DNA of 64,000 nt, from positions 19,282,001 to 19,346,000 of the forward strand of contig JBHGNT010000010.1 in assembly GCA_043228905.1 (NCBI GenBank), written 5' to 3'. How positions within the stretch are numbered: position 1 is the first letter of the stretch; every line of letters starts with the position of its first letter. The position numbers and the translations under genes were made by a program. Positions 13,070 through 25,288 of this stretch are shown piece after piece. Source of the DNA: Azolla caroliniana (lineage: Eukaryota; Plantae; Polypodiophyta). The notes beneath the pieces were generated by a model. It saw only the letters and a list, made by a program, of their open reading frames with translations, made no database searches and was not told the DNA's origin.

Positions 13070-13349
13070 ATGTTACAAGGCAATATGAGAGACGCTATTT
13101 GCAATGATTTAACAGTTAATGGTAGAGTGGGCTCTCAAATGATCATGGTAATTGAATTGATCAAGGGTGCAAATAAGTGAAGAACAGAAACCTGTACAAT
13201 GTGTAATCATTACCTTAAACTATGTTACAAGGAAATATGAGAGGCGTGATCTGCAATGATTTAACAGTCAATGGTAGAGTGGGTTCTCAAATGATCATGA
13301 TAATTGAATTGATCAAGGGTGCAAATAAGTGAAGAACAGAAACCTGTAC
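13070..13349. repeat. Direct duplication of ~128 bp (period ~151 bp)
   Basis: tgttacaagg...gaagaacagaaacctgtac is present at about 13071-13197 and 13223-13349. Confidence 0.9.
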
Positions 13350-14629
13350 CTTCATTCAATCCACTAAATAAACCATTTCCCTGTTAACGTGATGATTTCC
13401 ATTGTTTATGACTTCTACCTACATATGCTCTGGCTTTCAATTGCTAAATAATAACACAATATACCATGAACATCAGAATTAAGCATGGACTATGAATAGA
13501 TGTCCTTATCTGTTTGGTAACCTAATCTCCACTGGGTATCCTACCTCATCCAATCCAACCCCTTCTCTCTATTCTGCTTCATTTGCAGGAGGTAAGGACA
13601 AGTGTAGCACAATGTATACTTATGGGCACCAATAAGTCAGAATCTCAATCTCATTATAAAGCAAAGGATTGCAAAACAAGAAACCAATTGAGATGAGCTT
13701 GCTGCTTAGTAGATAGATTAGCAATGTTGTTGGATTAGTATTTTCCCATCTTGGAATATTATATAAAACAAACTCAATGTCATTCAAAATATTAAAAGGC
13801 CACTACCATTACATTTATGGCCATCTCCCCTGTTTATTCAATCAACCAAAGCATACTTGCATTCACAAACAAAGAAGCCAAGCATGAAAATGGATTTCTT
13901 GTTGTCAACTTTATTGGTGCAAAAATATTTCTTTCTAAATAGCACATCAAAGCAACAAAAAGGATTCTATGAAAGAATGTGTTCCATGCTCAAAATAGGA
14001 AAAAAACTTTTCACCTTCATAGAAACATGACAGCCTGACGTGTATTTAAAATTGATAAATCAATTTAAGGATCTTCAACCTATTTCCAAATACCTCCTAA
14101 TCCAGTTAGCTACCAAAACCTACAACGACCTACAGTGCAGGGTTATAGTTCAACTTTATACATCCACTTTATATTGTAGAGTCTTCATCTCATAAGACTA
14201 GGCCACATCAGACATTAATATTCAGAAGCAGCAATGTTTTAAGTACTGCAATACCAAATGCTTACGGTGAACATGATTCATTAATGAAATTTGAAGGAGA
14301 ATCAGGTATGTTAACCCTAGGCCAATGAAACACAACCAATGCACTAGGACAAATCTCATTCATTATAAGAAATGCACTTTCTTCACGTTGCTGTCTTTCT
14401 TTTTGGTATTTCTGAAAGCCTTCGATATCAAGAATCGCAGAAGTATATCTGAAAATCACTGCATCAGATTACAATGCCCACAATAAATTTGGCAGGATAA
14501 AACAAATTTCTACATATTGATCATTTCTGCATGATATCAAAGAACCAGAAAAAAGTCGAAAATAGAACCAACAATTCCTTGTGGAAACAGAAATTAACAC
14601 ATGGAAAAAAGTCAAAAAAATTCTCCACC

Positions 14630-16425
14630 TTAGTGTCTTGCAGATTCATCATCATCAGAATCATGTTTTTCCCTAAACCGTGGATTCTTCTCCTGCAATA
14701 TTAGAATAAAAAAACTCAGTATAGTAGAAAAATACCATCTAGATTTTATTCCTGACCTCAACTTACAGGTCTAGAGTCACGATTGGCATCTCGATGAGAA
14801 CGATCTGAAGACCTATAGTCATCATCACCTCGATAACGCTTGCGGCCAGAATCTACATGTGTAAAACAAAAAAATAAAGGGAACGCAAAATTATGAATCA
14901 TGCATTGATTTTAAGGAAAAGAATTTTTATTTTTATTTTGCTTAATCCATACCTCTTCCCCTGTATGAGCTTGTATGGTCATCCTGTTGTTCAGCTGTAA
15001 TATTTCAACATGTGGATTAGCAAATAACGAAGGATACCTATCTACTGCCATCTCATTTTCAGTCAATGGCTTATGGCAGGAATTATTATAATGCTGAGAA
15101 ATGAACTTATATCTTCACTTTCCACAACATAAACAATAATCATCCAGCAAAGAAGTTAATATTCTTACATGAGTTGTAGTACGATCCCATTCCCCCTGTA
15201 TAATCAACCAATTGTCTCCTTGATTCCAATTCACGTTGCACAATCTTTCCATAGCCTCCTCTACGTGAATTTATTATCAAGGTCAAGCATGATATGAAAA
15301 AATTAATACCCAAGAATATTGCAAAAAAAGGATATCTGGATCATAATCTGTTCGATATTCATCTCTAACCTGTGTGAAACAATGTATTACATATTATAGT
15401 TATAATATGATGAATGAATTTCCAATTCTGAATGCCAACAATAACTTTAAATATGTACACAAATTTACCATATTGTTCAGAGCACTCACCTGCCCACCAC
15501 TTCGACCTCGGCCCCACTGACGCCCATCTTGAAATCCCCAATCAAAATCCACCCTAATAGGTCTTTCATCTAAAATTGTAGAACTGATATATTTCACAGC
15601 ATCTTCTGTATCTTCTCTCGAATAAAATCTGGATGAGAAGTCAGAATTTTATCAGCTTATAAAATGTCTTGCTCACTAAAATGCTGATCAAATTTTTGAG
15701 TTTGTTGGTTAAAAAATATATAATGGAAATAAAACGGATGGAAATGTATATCTTTTTCTACTAAATGCCTACGAAATTTTACTGTACTTTCTCATAATTG
15801 CGAAGGATTTCAAGCTTGAAAATGAGAAGTTGGCCAATTAGTAGCAAAGAAATTCCCAACATTGCGAAGGAAAGGAAATACCAATTATTGAAAGCAAAGA
15901 ACTTTTATTTTCTCTGAGTTCATCCATGGAAAGGAAATACCAATTATTGAAAGGATATTCCCCAGTCACTATAACAAATATGATACCCAAATGAAAAAGC
16001 AGAAAACAAGTAACACTCGCATAAAGTATGCTACTTACATGACGAAGCAAAACCCACAAGGAGTCTTCGAGTTTTTGTCTAACCCCATGACTATTTTCTT
16101 GATTTCTCCACACCTAGAAAACAAGTCATAAATCTGCTCCTCTGTAGTGTAGAATGACAAGTTACCTATGTAGACAGTGGTAGAATTCTTCAATGCTTGT
16201 TCATATTCATCTTGATCTCCAGGAAACCTCCTGTCTTTATATGGCGAAAGAACTTGAGAACTCTGCAGAGATCGATCGGAAAATAAATAAAAACAGGGGC
16301 AGGCTTTAAAATCCAAGTACAACATTACGAAAGAAAGACACAGTGGCGCAACTTAATTTTTCTGTCTACCTCCCTCTGCAAGCATGATCAGATTTAGCGG
16401 GACTCACCGCGAACAGAGTTGCCAT
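14630..16425 (-). CDS. CBP20: Nuclear cap-binding protein subunit 2 (CBP20/NCBP2), 8 exons, 233 aa
   Basis: Minus-strand exons 16425-16408, 16262-16039, 15628-15490, 15369-15336, 15264-15169, 14994-14953, 14852-14767, 14692-14630 (702 nt). [22 protein letters not shown]...KTPCGFCFV...[44 protein letters not shown], and plant-type C-terminus [16 protein letters not shown]. Confidence 0.96.
15265..15335 (-). other. U12-type (minor spliceosome) AT-AC intron, CBP20 intron 4, 71 nt
   Basis: On the minus strand the 5' site is CCAG|ATATCCTTT, the branch-like CCTTGAT (15282-15276) lies about 11 nt before the 3' site ATTCAC|GTAGAGG, and splicing restores YDP-G-RGGYG. Confidence 0.93.
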
Positions 16426-16529
16426 GGCCGAGAATGACCTAAAACAACAGTTCTGTGTCCTTCACAAACTCTGATTTTACTTTAAAACATGGATTTTGAA
16501 AAACAGAGAACTACAAAAAATGACTTCTA

Positions 16530-16910
16530 GTCTACTACTACACTACAAATTATTATTACCATTCTATACATACAATATGGCTACATTATACTACAGATTA
16601 TTATTACCATACATACATGCAATATGGCTACATTATACTACAACATTATTATTACCATACATACATACAATATATGGCTACATTATACTACAACCTTATT
16701 ATTACCATACATACATACAATATATGGCTACATTATACTACAACCTTATTATTACCATACATACATACAATATGGCTACATTATACTACAACCTTATTAT
16801 TACCATACATACATACAATATGGCTACATTATACTACAACCTTATTATTACCATACATACATACATACAATATGGCATTATGGCTACATTATTAGCATAC
16901 AATATATGTA
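16530..16910. repeat. Minisatellite, 45-47 bp unit, ~7 copies, just upstream of the CBP20 ATG
   Basis: The unit tggctacattatactacaaccttattattaccatacatacatacaata(ta) is repeated. It explains the repetitive ORFs at 16496-16995. Confidence 0.93.
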
Positions 16911-17733
16911 CCTGAAGGATGAGATCCCACTCGCTTTTGGGTGTTCGGTTTTTGTTCAACACATAAGTCCTATCGGTGCCTCTCCTTCATCATGATTGTC
17001 CGTCTCAATCAAGCTCACAAGCTCCACTTGACTGTATGAAATGGAACCACACACGTGACATTCCTACAATTGTTTCATGTTGTCCTCTTGACTTAACGTA
17101 ATTCGGGCGACTGCCTGTGAAAGTTTAATATGAGCTCAAATATTGAATCAAGGTTCTTTTGTTAGGAGAGTGGTCACACGTTTTTGTGCCCGTGTGTGGC
17201 AAGGCTGATATGTGTTAGGTTTAGGGGTCAAGATGTAGCCAAGCAAAGCTACACACCATAAGAGGTTCATGATCAATGCATGCGATACATGTGAATATGT
17301 GCCGCGTGGATCTTGGTTTGACTAGCTAGTAAGAACGACACAAAAATAGTGAATTCAATGAGAAAAAAAACATGTTTTTATACCTAAATGATGTTGCAAT
17401 GTTTCCTAATTGGTCATATTATGGAGCCTACCCATCGAGATAGCAGGACGGTATTGTCATATACCCTCTTCATGTTGAGTTGGGCAAGCATGGTTGTCGC
17501 TCAATCTCATGCTATTAACCTCATATGCCTAGATTTAACAAACTCTCTTTCACTCTCCTCTCTTGTTTATAGTTCCTAAGAAAAAAACTAAATATGGACT
17601 CAATAGGATATAATCATTAAGTATATTAGGTATATAAAGAAGGGTGTGGAGGAATGAGGAGAAGTGGATGTTGTCACAAATGGGTAGAGAGTGGAAGACA
17701 TTTTCGGTGGGACGGGAAGGCGGTGGGAGATGT

Positions 17734-17900
17734 CACTACTACAAACAATGCACTTATTGAATTGTCTTGATTTTTTAGAAGGCATTGTTAAATGTCGTAG
17801 AAAGGGTGCATCTCTAACAGTGACATTTCATGACACTTGCTAAACTTTTAGCAATGTTCCAATATTAGAATTCATCGTTAAACATCAACATGAAAACCCA
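17734..17900. mobile_element. Probable CACTA (En/Spm) terminus with degenerate subterminal repeats
   Basis: CACTACTACAAACAATG at 17734, followed by tgtcgtagaaa, gacatttcatgacac and gctaaacttttagc subterminal-like motifs. The partner terminus was not found. Confidence 0.5.
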
Positions 17901-18425
17901 ATGTTTAGAGATACGTTTTTATTTTTTTATTTTCAAATATATAAGGAGAAGGGGATTCATTTTCCCCTTTTTCTATTCTTTAATTTCTCCACCATCACCT
18001 AAAAACCAAGTGCGACCATTGACCCAACTCTCCTCGACAACCATGACCTACACGTGAGTAAGCACAATTTAGGGTTAGGTACGTAGAGGTTAAATTATAC
18101 ACACACATGAGCATATAAACACAAACATACACACACATTTATATAGTCATATAGTCATCGCCAAAGACATGATGTTTATTATCCACATAAAACGAGTGAA
18201 AGGTCCTATCATGAACGTAACCCTTCACAACCATGATTACTTCGAATCTTGAAAAAACACCTATCCATGTTATGGGCATGACAATATAATATCCCATGGT
18301 AAGATTGTAGCATAGTATTCTATACATGTGGATAAAATGTGAGGGTTAAACGAGAGTGTAAACAAGGGAATGATTACTTTTAATCCTTGGGATTGAGACA
18401 ACCCACTAAGGCCAAGTGTGAACTT

Positions 18426-18966
18426 GCGTGGGGGCCTTAGGTCTGGCTATAAATATGAGGCCTAACTACCCTCATTTGACATCCCTTGACTACGTCGAGA
18501 CTCTAACCTTGTGGTGGATGAACTCTTGTAGCAAGCGTGCTAGTACCATGTATGACTCGACACCATGACAGTGGTATGGGACGCCAATCGAGTCTCGAGT
18601 TAGTCTCAATCCCTTCGCTCAAGGGTGGTCGGGTGGATCAACACCCTTCTTTATCTCTCTCCCTTCTTATCTATTTATCTTTTAATTCCTTATCGTATGC
18701 TTACATTAGGATCTAGCTCTAACAAAATAGATAAGAAAGGAGAGAGAGAAAGAAGGGTGTCGATCCACCCAACCACCCTTGAGCGAGGGGATTGAGACGG
18801 ACTTCAGCCTCAATCGGCATCCCATACCATCGTCGTGGTGTCCTGGCACTGGTGCACTCACTACAAGAGATGATCCACCACAAGGTTAGAGTCTCAACAT
18901 AGTTAAGAGATGTCAAATGAGGGTAGCTAGGCCTCATATTTATAGCTAGACCTAAGGCCCCCATGC
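18426..18966. repeat. Long imperfect inverted repeat (arms ~18426-18676 and 18725-18966, 48-nt spacer), probably TE-derived
   Basis: gcgtgggggccttaggtctggctataaatatgaggcc...cttcttatctattt is reverse-complementary to aaatagataagaaagg...gcctcatatttatagctagacctaaggcccccatgc. Confidence 0.9.
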
Positions 18967-19789
18967 TAGATCCTAATGGTTATATTAGGATCTAGCTCTA
19001 ACAATCCATCTAAGGTGAGAGCTATTGGGTGGCATGATGATTCTACTTATAGTTTCCTAAATTTACTAATACATGATTTGTCTGCCATGAATCATGGCTA
19101 TGGTTCATGTATTTCCTTTTGTAACCATACAATTTTTAGGAAGAGGAAGGGATGAAACCATTATGGGAATTATCGAGTAGCACCACCATATGTCACATTT
19201 GGGAGGCTCATTGCCCCTCCATTTTTCATCAAGTTAGGGTCTCACCAACTGAAGGTGTGTAATATTTGGCTAGACATGGTTCATACTTTTAAAGGAGAGT
19301 GGGATGGTTTTATTGGAGAATCATATGCTTAAATTGCGCAACATCTCTGGTTAATTACTCTTTGGAAAGATACTCACTCCACTTTTGTCCTTACAAATAT
19401 GGTAGCCTTTTTTGGCATTTTCAGCCACCAAGATGTTGTTCCCCCAAATGATCACTTGAGAATCACATCTTGGTGTAGTTCACATCTTAGTGTATATTTA
19501 TTTCAACTAATTAATGGATATGTGTGTGTGTGTGTGTGTATGTGTGTATTCATGCAATCATTCATTCAATGACATACATATATACACAAAATCGTGATTC
19601 ATTCATACACAAACATACATTATACATTCATGCAACCATTAATTGTTCATACACACTAACACAAATACATGCATTCAAACAATTCATCATTAATACACAC
19701 AAACAATCATACAATCATTCATTCACACACACATATATACATTCATTCAATCATACACATACATACATATGTCATTCATACAATATTTC

Positions 19790-19793
<4 letters not shown>

Positions 19794-19862
<69 letters not shown>
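19794..19862. repeat. (CA)n microsatellite ending a CATT/CA-rich low-complexity tract (19520-19862)
   Basis: About 34 perfect CA units. Confidence 0.95.
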
Positions 19863-19865
<3 letters not shown>

Positions 19866-20680
19866 GCTCGTGTCTATTCTGCATCAAATCATAAAGAGGG
19901 ATGTCGAGGGAATCGTGGCCATAGATGGTGCAAGTCGCTCAGCTGATAGCACGTGCAATCTGCACCGTCCGATTTGGATAAGAAAGAACTTGCGAAAAAA
20001 AAAATTGTTAGAGGTTGCCCAACTCTGAGTCCTTGGTCACCCAACTGCGCATCTATTTTAGAACAATAAATGAAGTTTTCAACTTAATGGAAAGTTCATT
20101 ATGATGTAATGGCTTAGTGGTTAGAGTCACCTTTTTTTGTTAATAGGTGCAAGGTTCAAATCTCTTTTTCTCTCTTATTGAGAATAGGGTTTATTTTGCT
20201 TGCTTATTGGTTAATTTTGATATCATTTAGGTTTTCTTCATTTTCAACTTCTTTCTTATTTAGGGTTTCGACATTCATACTTGCATGTATATTATTGGCA
20301 ATACAACATTTCTTTCTAATGCACCTTTTTCTTAGATTATGTAGTTTGCAACAAAAATACATATGCAAAACCAACTTACTATAATAATGAAATATGTTTC
20401 AAATCAAACCACCATTACATATAAGGTTCAAATGATGTTTCAAAAAAACAATAATTCATTAGACTAAAGGAAAGTAATGGAAACAATTCTACATTAGGGT
20501 TTGGGGTTTAGGAAAGTAATGGAAACAATTCTACCTTATTTCACTTAGTGGAATATGTTATTAAACCCCAAAATGCTTTCTTCTTTTCATATTTCATCGA
20601 TCTAGTCAATATTGTACTCGGTTGTTACATGCAAATGAATACAAATTCAACTATGACATACTTGAAACATAAAACATAAA

Positions 20681-22160
20681 ATCCACGTGGAAGGCATATG
20701 GTGTGACATTTGTCGAGGGCTCAAGTGTGATCAACCGATATCCGAACCTGCCTGGCTCAGTCAACGTATCCTATGGAACCCATGTATCAAGGATGAATTT
20801 AATCAACTACTGGGATCACGTAAGGAGTTGGCATGGGGATACATTACAGAAGGTCTAGGAAAAAGTATAGAATGTTGGTGACGGTTTATGTCACTGCCAC
20901 TACAAGATCAGGCGAACATACTCCATGGAATCAGGGGCAGATGGACTATGAGATCGGAAATCATTAACACTCTAATGATTAGGGAATCTGCTACTCAAAG
21001 GACAACAATGGAGAAATGGATAGGCCACGTGGAGGAGGGATCTCTGATCCCGAGAGGTAGGGGACCACCAGACAGGCTCGAAGGCTCTGAATTGCGAGAC
21101 ACTGAGACACCAACACAGAATAACAATTCGAGTACTCGCGTATACTGGTCATAAATGTATTGTAGATCCTGATCCGATCAAAGTTCAACCCGATTGGCAC
21201 ATATGTACTCATGAAAACACATGGCTACGTAAGGTCAGTTGGGACCCTTTGCAATGGACATGGCGTGATCCCTACGCGGGGCAAGGAAGCAAACCCATCC
21301 CTTTCTTCCAATTCACACCTCGATTGGGTTGCCACATTCTAGCTGCTCAAACCGCTCGAGAGCGAGTTGTTGCAAAGGTCTGGCACACATTTCAAGTTCC
21401 TCCCACAATAATCACCAAGTTTTGGCAAAAAATCTGGAAACAACAACACGTGAGGTGAATTACCACGTTCCAATGGCAATTAATACATAAGTCCCTACCG
21501 GTGGGAGCATGGCAACGTGGGAATCTTAGCTCTCCTAATTGTGTAGAGTGCCCACATGAAGTAGAATCAATACGACACGCTCTATGGGACTGCCCAACGT
21601 CCCATCGAATATGACGGGGGGTTGGCCGCTTGTTGCAATTATGCCAGGTGCAAGGCTCAATCAAGTGGGGAAATATATGTTGGCTATCATGGCAGACTGC
21701 AATTGGTAGATACGAGCATCAGGAGGAGGGGATGACTTTGGTGATAAAAGCACGAGAGGTCTTTTTCTCCTCCAACGGCAATGTCCACTCCACTCCTCTT
21801 AATGACAAATCTCAAGAGGTGTTGGAATTGGTCAACCCAATAACTCTTTGGATTTTATGGAAACAACGATGTAGGCAAGTCTTCTCCAACCAAACCACAC
21901 ATCCAACAAGGTTACTGCAAGAGATATGGAGTGAAATTGTAGCCACTCTAAAGAGCCAATATGATGGCCTTAAGGGCGGCTCCGAGGGAGTTGAAAGACA
22001 ACGAATAGCCTTCATCCAACAATGGTCGTCCTCTCCCTTTCTTGAGTCAATGGGCATCCACATAAGATGGAACTATCGCGTCCCTTCAGGGATTTGTACA
22101 TAATCGTCTCATTTGTAAAATTTCATAACTAATGGAAGGAGTTTTTTTTTGGAAAAAAAA
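20681..22160 (+). mobile_element. 5'-truncated L1-type LINE (3' part of ORF2, zf-RVT region) with 17-bp target-site duplication
   Basis: Stop-interrupted ORF2 remnants RILWNP, KFWQKIWK...LIHKSLPVG..CVECPHEVESIRHALWDC, ITLWILWKQRC, WNYRVP. Short A tail. gaaacataaaacataaa flanks it at 20664-20680 and 22161-22177. Confidence 0.85.
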
Positions 22161-22310
22161 GAAACATAAAACATAAATCAACATATAACATACTTGAAAC
22201 ATAAAACTTAAAACATAAATCAACATATGACATACTTGAAACATAAAACTTAAAACATAAATCAACATATGGCATACTTGCAACATAAAACGTAAAACAT
22301 AAATCAACAC
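22161..22310. repeat. 42-bp tandem repeat (~3.5 copies) interrupted by the LINE
   Basis: aaaacataaatcaacatatgacatacttgaaacataaaactt repeats here, and a partial unit lies left of the LINE at about 20645-20680. Confidence 0.85.
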
Positions 22311-22905
22311 AGGTTAGGTGACCATATTAAAACAGGTTGGGCAACTTGTTTATGAGAAGAGATGTTTTTTACGAGGGTTGGGAGGTGACTTGAGTAATAG
22401 GTTGGGTGACCTGTTTGATAGGTTGGGTGACCATATTAAAATAGGTTGGGCAACCTGTTTATGAGAAGAGATGTTTTTTAAGAGGGTTGGGCGACCTATT
22501 TTATAGGTTTGGTGACCATATTAAAACAAGTTAGGCAACCTGTTTATGAGAAGATATGTTTTTTAAGAGGGTTGGGAGACCTGTTTGATAGGCTGGGTGA
22601 CCATATTAAAACAGGTTGGGCAACTTGTTTATGAGAAGAGATGTTTTTTACGAGGGTTGGGAAACCTAATTTATACAATAGGGTGACTTGGGTAATAGGT
22701 TGGGTGACCATATTAAAACAGGTTAGACAACCTGTTTATGAGAAGAGATGTTTTTTACGTGGGTCAAGAGACCATTTTTATACAATAGAATAAGTTGGGC
22801 AACCTATTTGATAGGTTGGGTGACCAAATTAAAACAGGTTGGGCAACCTGTTTATGAGAAGAGATGTTTTTTAAGAGGGTTGGGAGACTTGATTCATGAG
22901 AAGAT
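22311..22905. repeat. Tandem repeat, ~85-115 bp variable unit, 6 copies
   Basis: The core aggttgggtgaccatattaaaacaggttgggcaacctgtttatgagaagagatgtttttta is repeated six times. Confidence 0.9.
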
Positions 22906-22929
22906 ATATTTTTTATTGGTCAAGATACA

Positions 22930-23435
22930 TCAAAAAGTGTTTTGATATCCCTAACTTTGCTACAATTTGTTTGTCTTGGGAGGCGTACAATTAACTTTTA
23001 TCCCATAGGAGGTGCCTTTCCCATTGATATCATCAAAGTAGCAACACACTTCCTTAAGGGGTGCATTTTTCATGCTTTTGAATAATGGATACATGTGATT
23101 GATGTTCCATCGCAACAAACACTTAGGATTGAAAAAGTGGGGTCTCATGAATATTTATGCACCGAACTATGCAAGAGATCGAGTGATATTATGGAAAAAC
23201 ATACTTTCACAGGTACCTAGTGTGGATCATTGGGCGATTGCAGGTGATTTCAATATGTTGGAGGATGTGAGTGATAGGTTAGGAGGCATACCGCATACAA
23301 TTTTTGGTTCATAATTATATGAATGGGAACATTTGATTTTTTCCTTGGGATTAATGGACTTGTGGCAAGTGTCTTCTTTTGTAAAGATGCAAGATTCTTT
23401 AGCTTATTCAAGATCAGATTGAAGAGAGTCAAATA
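22930..23435 (+). mobile_element. L1-type LINE AP-endonuclease fragment (degenerate)
   Basis: The frame of ORF 23099 reads KWGLMNIYAPNYARDRVILWKNIL...WAIAGDFNMLEDVSDRLGG...*LYEWEHLIFSLGLMDLWQVSSF...AYSRSD*. NIYAP and GDFN are L1 endonuclease motifs. Confidence 0.8.
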
Positions 23436-25288
23436 CCCCTCAACTCGTAAATCTCGAGTAAGTAGAGACGTCGTTTTTTACGAGTCCGCATCCTGGTACG
23501 CACCAGAGACAACTCCAACTCCGACTCCGCTCGACCTGGAAATCGCCGAACAAGAGATCGAGGATGAAGATCGCCTTATGCGCATATTTGAAGAAAGTCC
23601 GATTACGACCCGATTGAGCGGACCACAAGAGTCATTGAGTGATCAAAGCACATCACGGCCTAACCCGATGATGGACAAAGGCAAGGCGAAAATGGCGGAA
23701 TACGCAGACGATCGCGTCGATGACGATGGGTCGACTCACTCACTCGACAATGAGTTCGGCGGTTTCGAGGTACCAATCGGAGCTAAGAAAGCCCTCATCT
23801 CTACAAACGAGAAGCTCTGCCGATTCACTCGTGAAAAGAACCCCGTAAGCCGATTCGGCTACAACGATTATATGGCGTACCATTACGCCTTTATGATGAA
23901 GGTAGCAACAGTACGGGAGCCGGAAACCTTTTCCGAAGCCGCGAAGGACCCGCGATGGATCGAAGCAATGAACGAGGAGATGTAGGCACTACGGAAGAAC
24001 GAGACATGGGATCTCATTCCCACCTCACCGCACAAAAAGGCGATCGGATGCAGATGGATCTACAAAGTGAAGTACAACGTGGACGGTTCCGTTAACCGCT
24101 ACAAAGCTCGACTTGTAGCGAAAGGATACGCTCAGACACATGGCGTCGACTACGAAGAGACCTTTGCCCCGATGGCAAAGATGACGACGGTGCGGACCGT
24201 AATTGCGATTGCCGCGGCGAAAGGGTGGCACCTCCATCAAATGGACGTCAAGAACGCCTTTCTACAAGGCGAATTAGAAGAGGAGGTGTACATGATCCAA
24301 CCACCCGGCTTCAACTCAAGCACCCATCCGAAACCTATTTGCCAACTCAAGAAGCCACTCTACGGCCTCAAGCAAGCACCGCGTGCTTGGAATTCGAAGA
24401 TAACGCAATATCTTCATCAAATCGGTTTCCGTATGTCAAAATCGGACAACTCCCTCTACATACGAAGCGATTCCGCAAGTCCGATCGTCATCATCTTATA
24501 TGTGGATGACCTAGTCATTGGAGGTGAACATCTCGTCGAAATCACTAAGGTCAAATCCCTCCTTTCCAACAAGTTCGAGATGACGGACATGAAGGAGCTC
24601 CACTACTTCCTCGGCATCGACGTAATTCGGACTCCAGCTGGAATCATGATCTCTCAACGACACTACATCCTCAACTTGCTATACAAGTTCGGGATGGCTG
24701 AGTGCAAATCCGTGGCAACCTCGCTCGATCGTAATCTCAAACTAGATGCAAACTCTGGCACCAAAGCGTGTGAGCCGACTCAGTATCGGCAACTCATCGG
24801 GAGTCTCATCTACCTCACGATCACTCGACCCGATCTCAGTTATCCGGTTGGTCTGCTTAGCCAATTCATGCAAACACCGTGTGATACTCACTTGGATTGC
24901 GCTAAGCGAGCTCTACGATACGTGAACGGCACAATGGATTGCGGCATCCTCTACAAGACCGCGATGCCAATACGACTCAAGGGGTACACAAACACCGATT
25001 GGACCGGCTACAAAGCCGATAGAAGATCAACCTCCAGATTTGTTTTCTCCCTCGGCAGCGGAGCAATATCCTGGAGTAGCAAGAAGCAGCCTACCGTCGT
25101 TCTTTCGAGTACGGAGGCGGAATATAGGGGCGCAACCGTAGCTGCATGTGAAGCCATATGGCTCAAGAGGATTTTGAAGGATCTGGGCGTACCCATCAAG
25201 GATCCAACTTCCCTTTACTGTGACAACATGAGCAGTACCTATTTGGCTCGGAACCCGGTGTTCCATGCGCGGACAAAGCACATCGAAG
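23436..25288 (+). mobile_element. Ty1/Copia pol fragment (end of integrase, RT, most of RNase H), no LTRs
   Basis: PSTRKSRVSRDVVF, EPETFSEAAKDPRWIEAMNEEM*, YKARLVAKGYAQTHGVDYEETFAP, HQMDVKNAFLQGEL, LYGLKQAPRAW, LYVDDL, TRPDL, WSSKKQPTV, NPVFHARTKHIEV. There is one premature TAG (23983-23985), and the RNase H catalytic D is changed to N (YTNTDW). Confidence 0.95.

Noticed and set aside
16496-16995. Tyr/His/Thr-rich repeat ORFs in three frames
   Set aside because: They are by-products of the stop-poor 45-47 bp minisatellite.
19524-19946. His-Thr repeat protein
   Set aside because: It is the translation of the (CA)n tract.
23323-23985. 220-aa ORF as an in-frame LINE-Copia fusion protein
   Set aside because: The LINE endonuclease homology is in a different frame (that of ORF 23099), so the first ~38 codons are off-frame LINE sequence.
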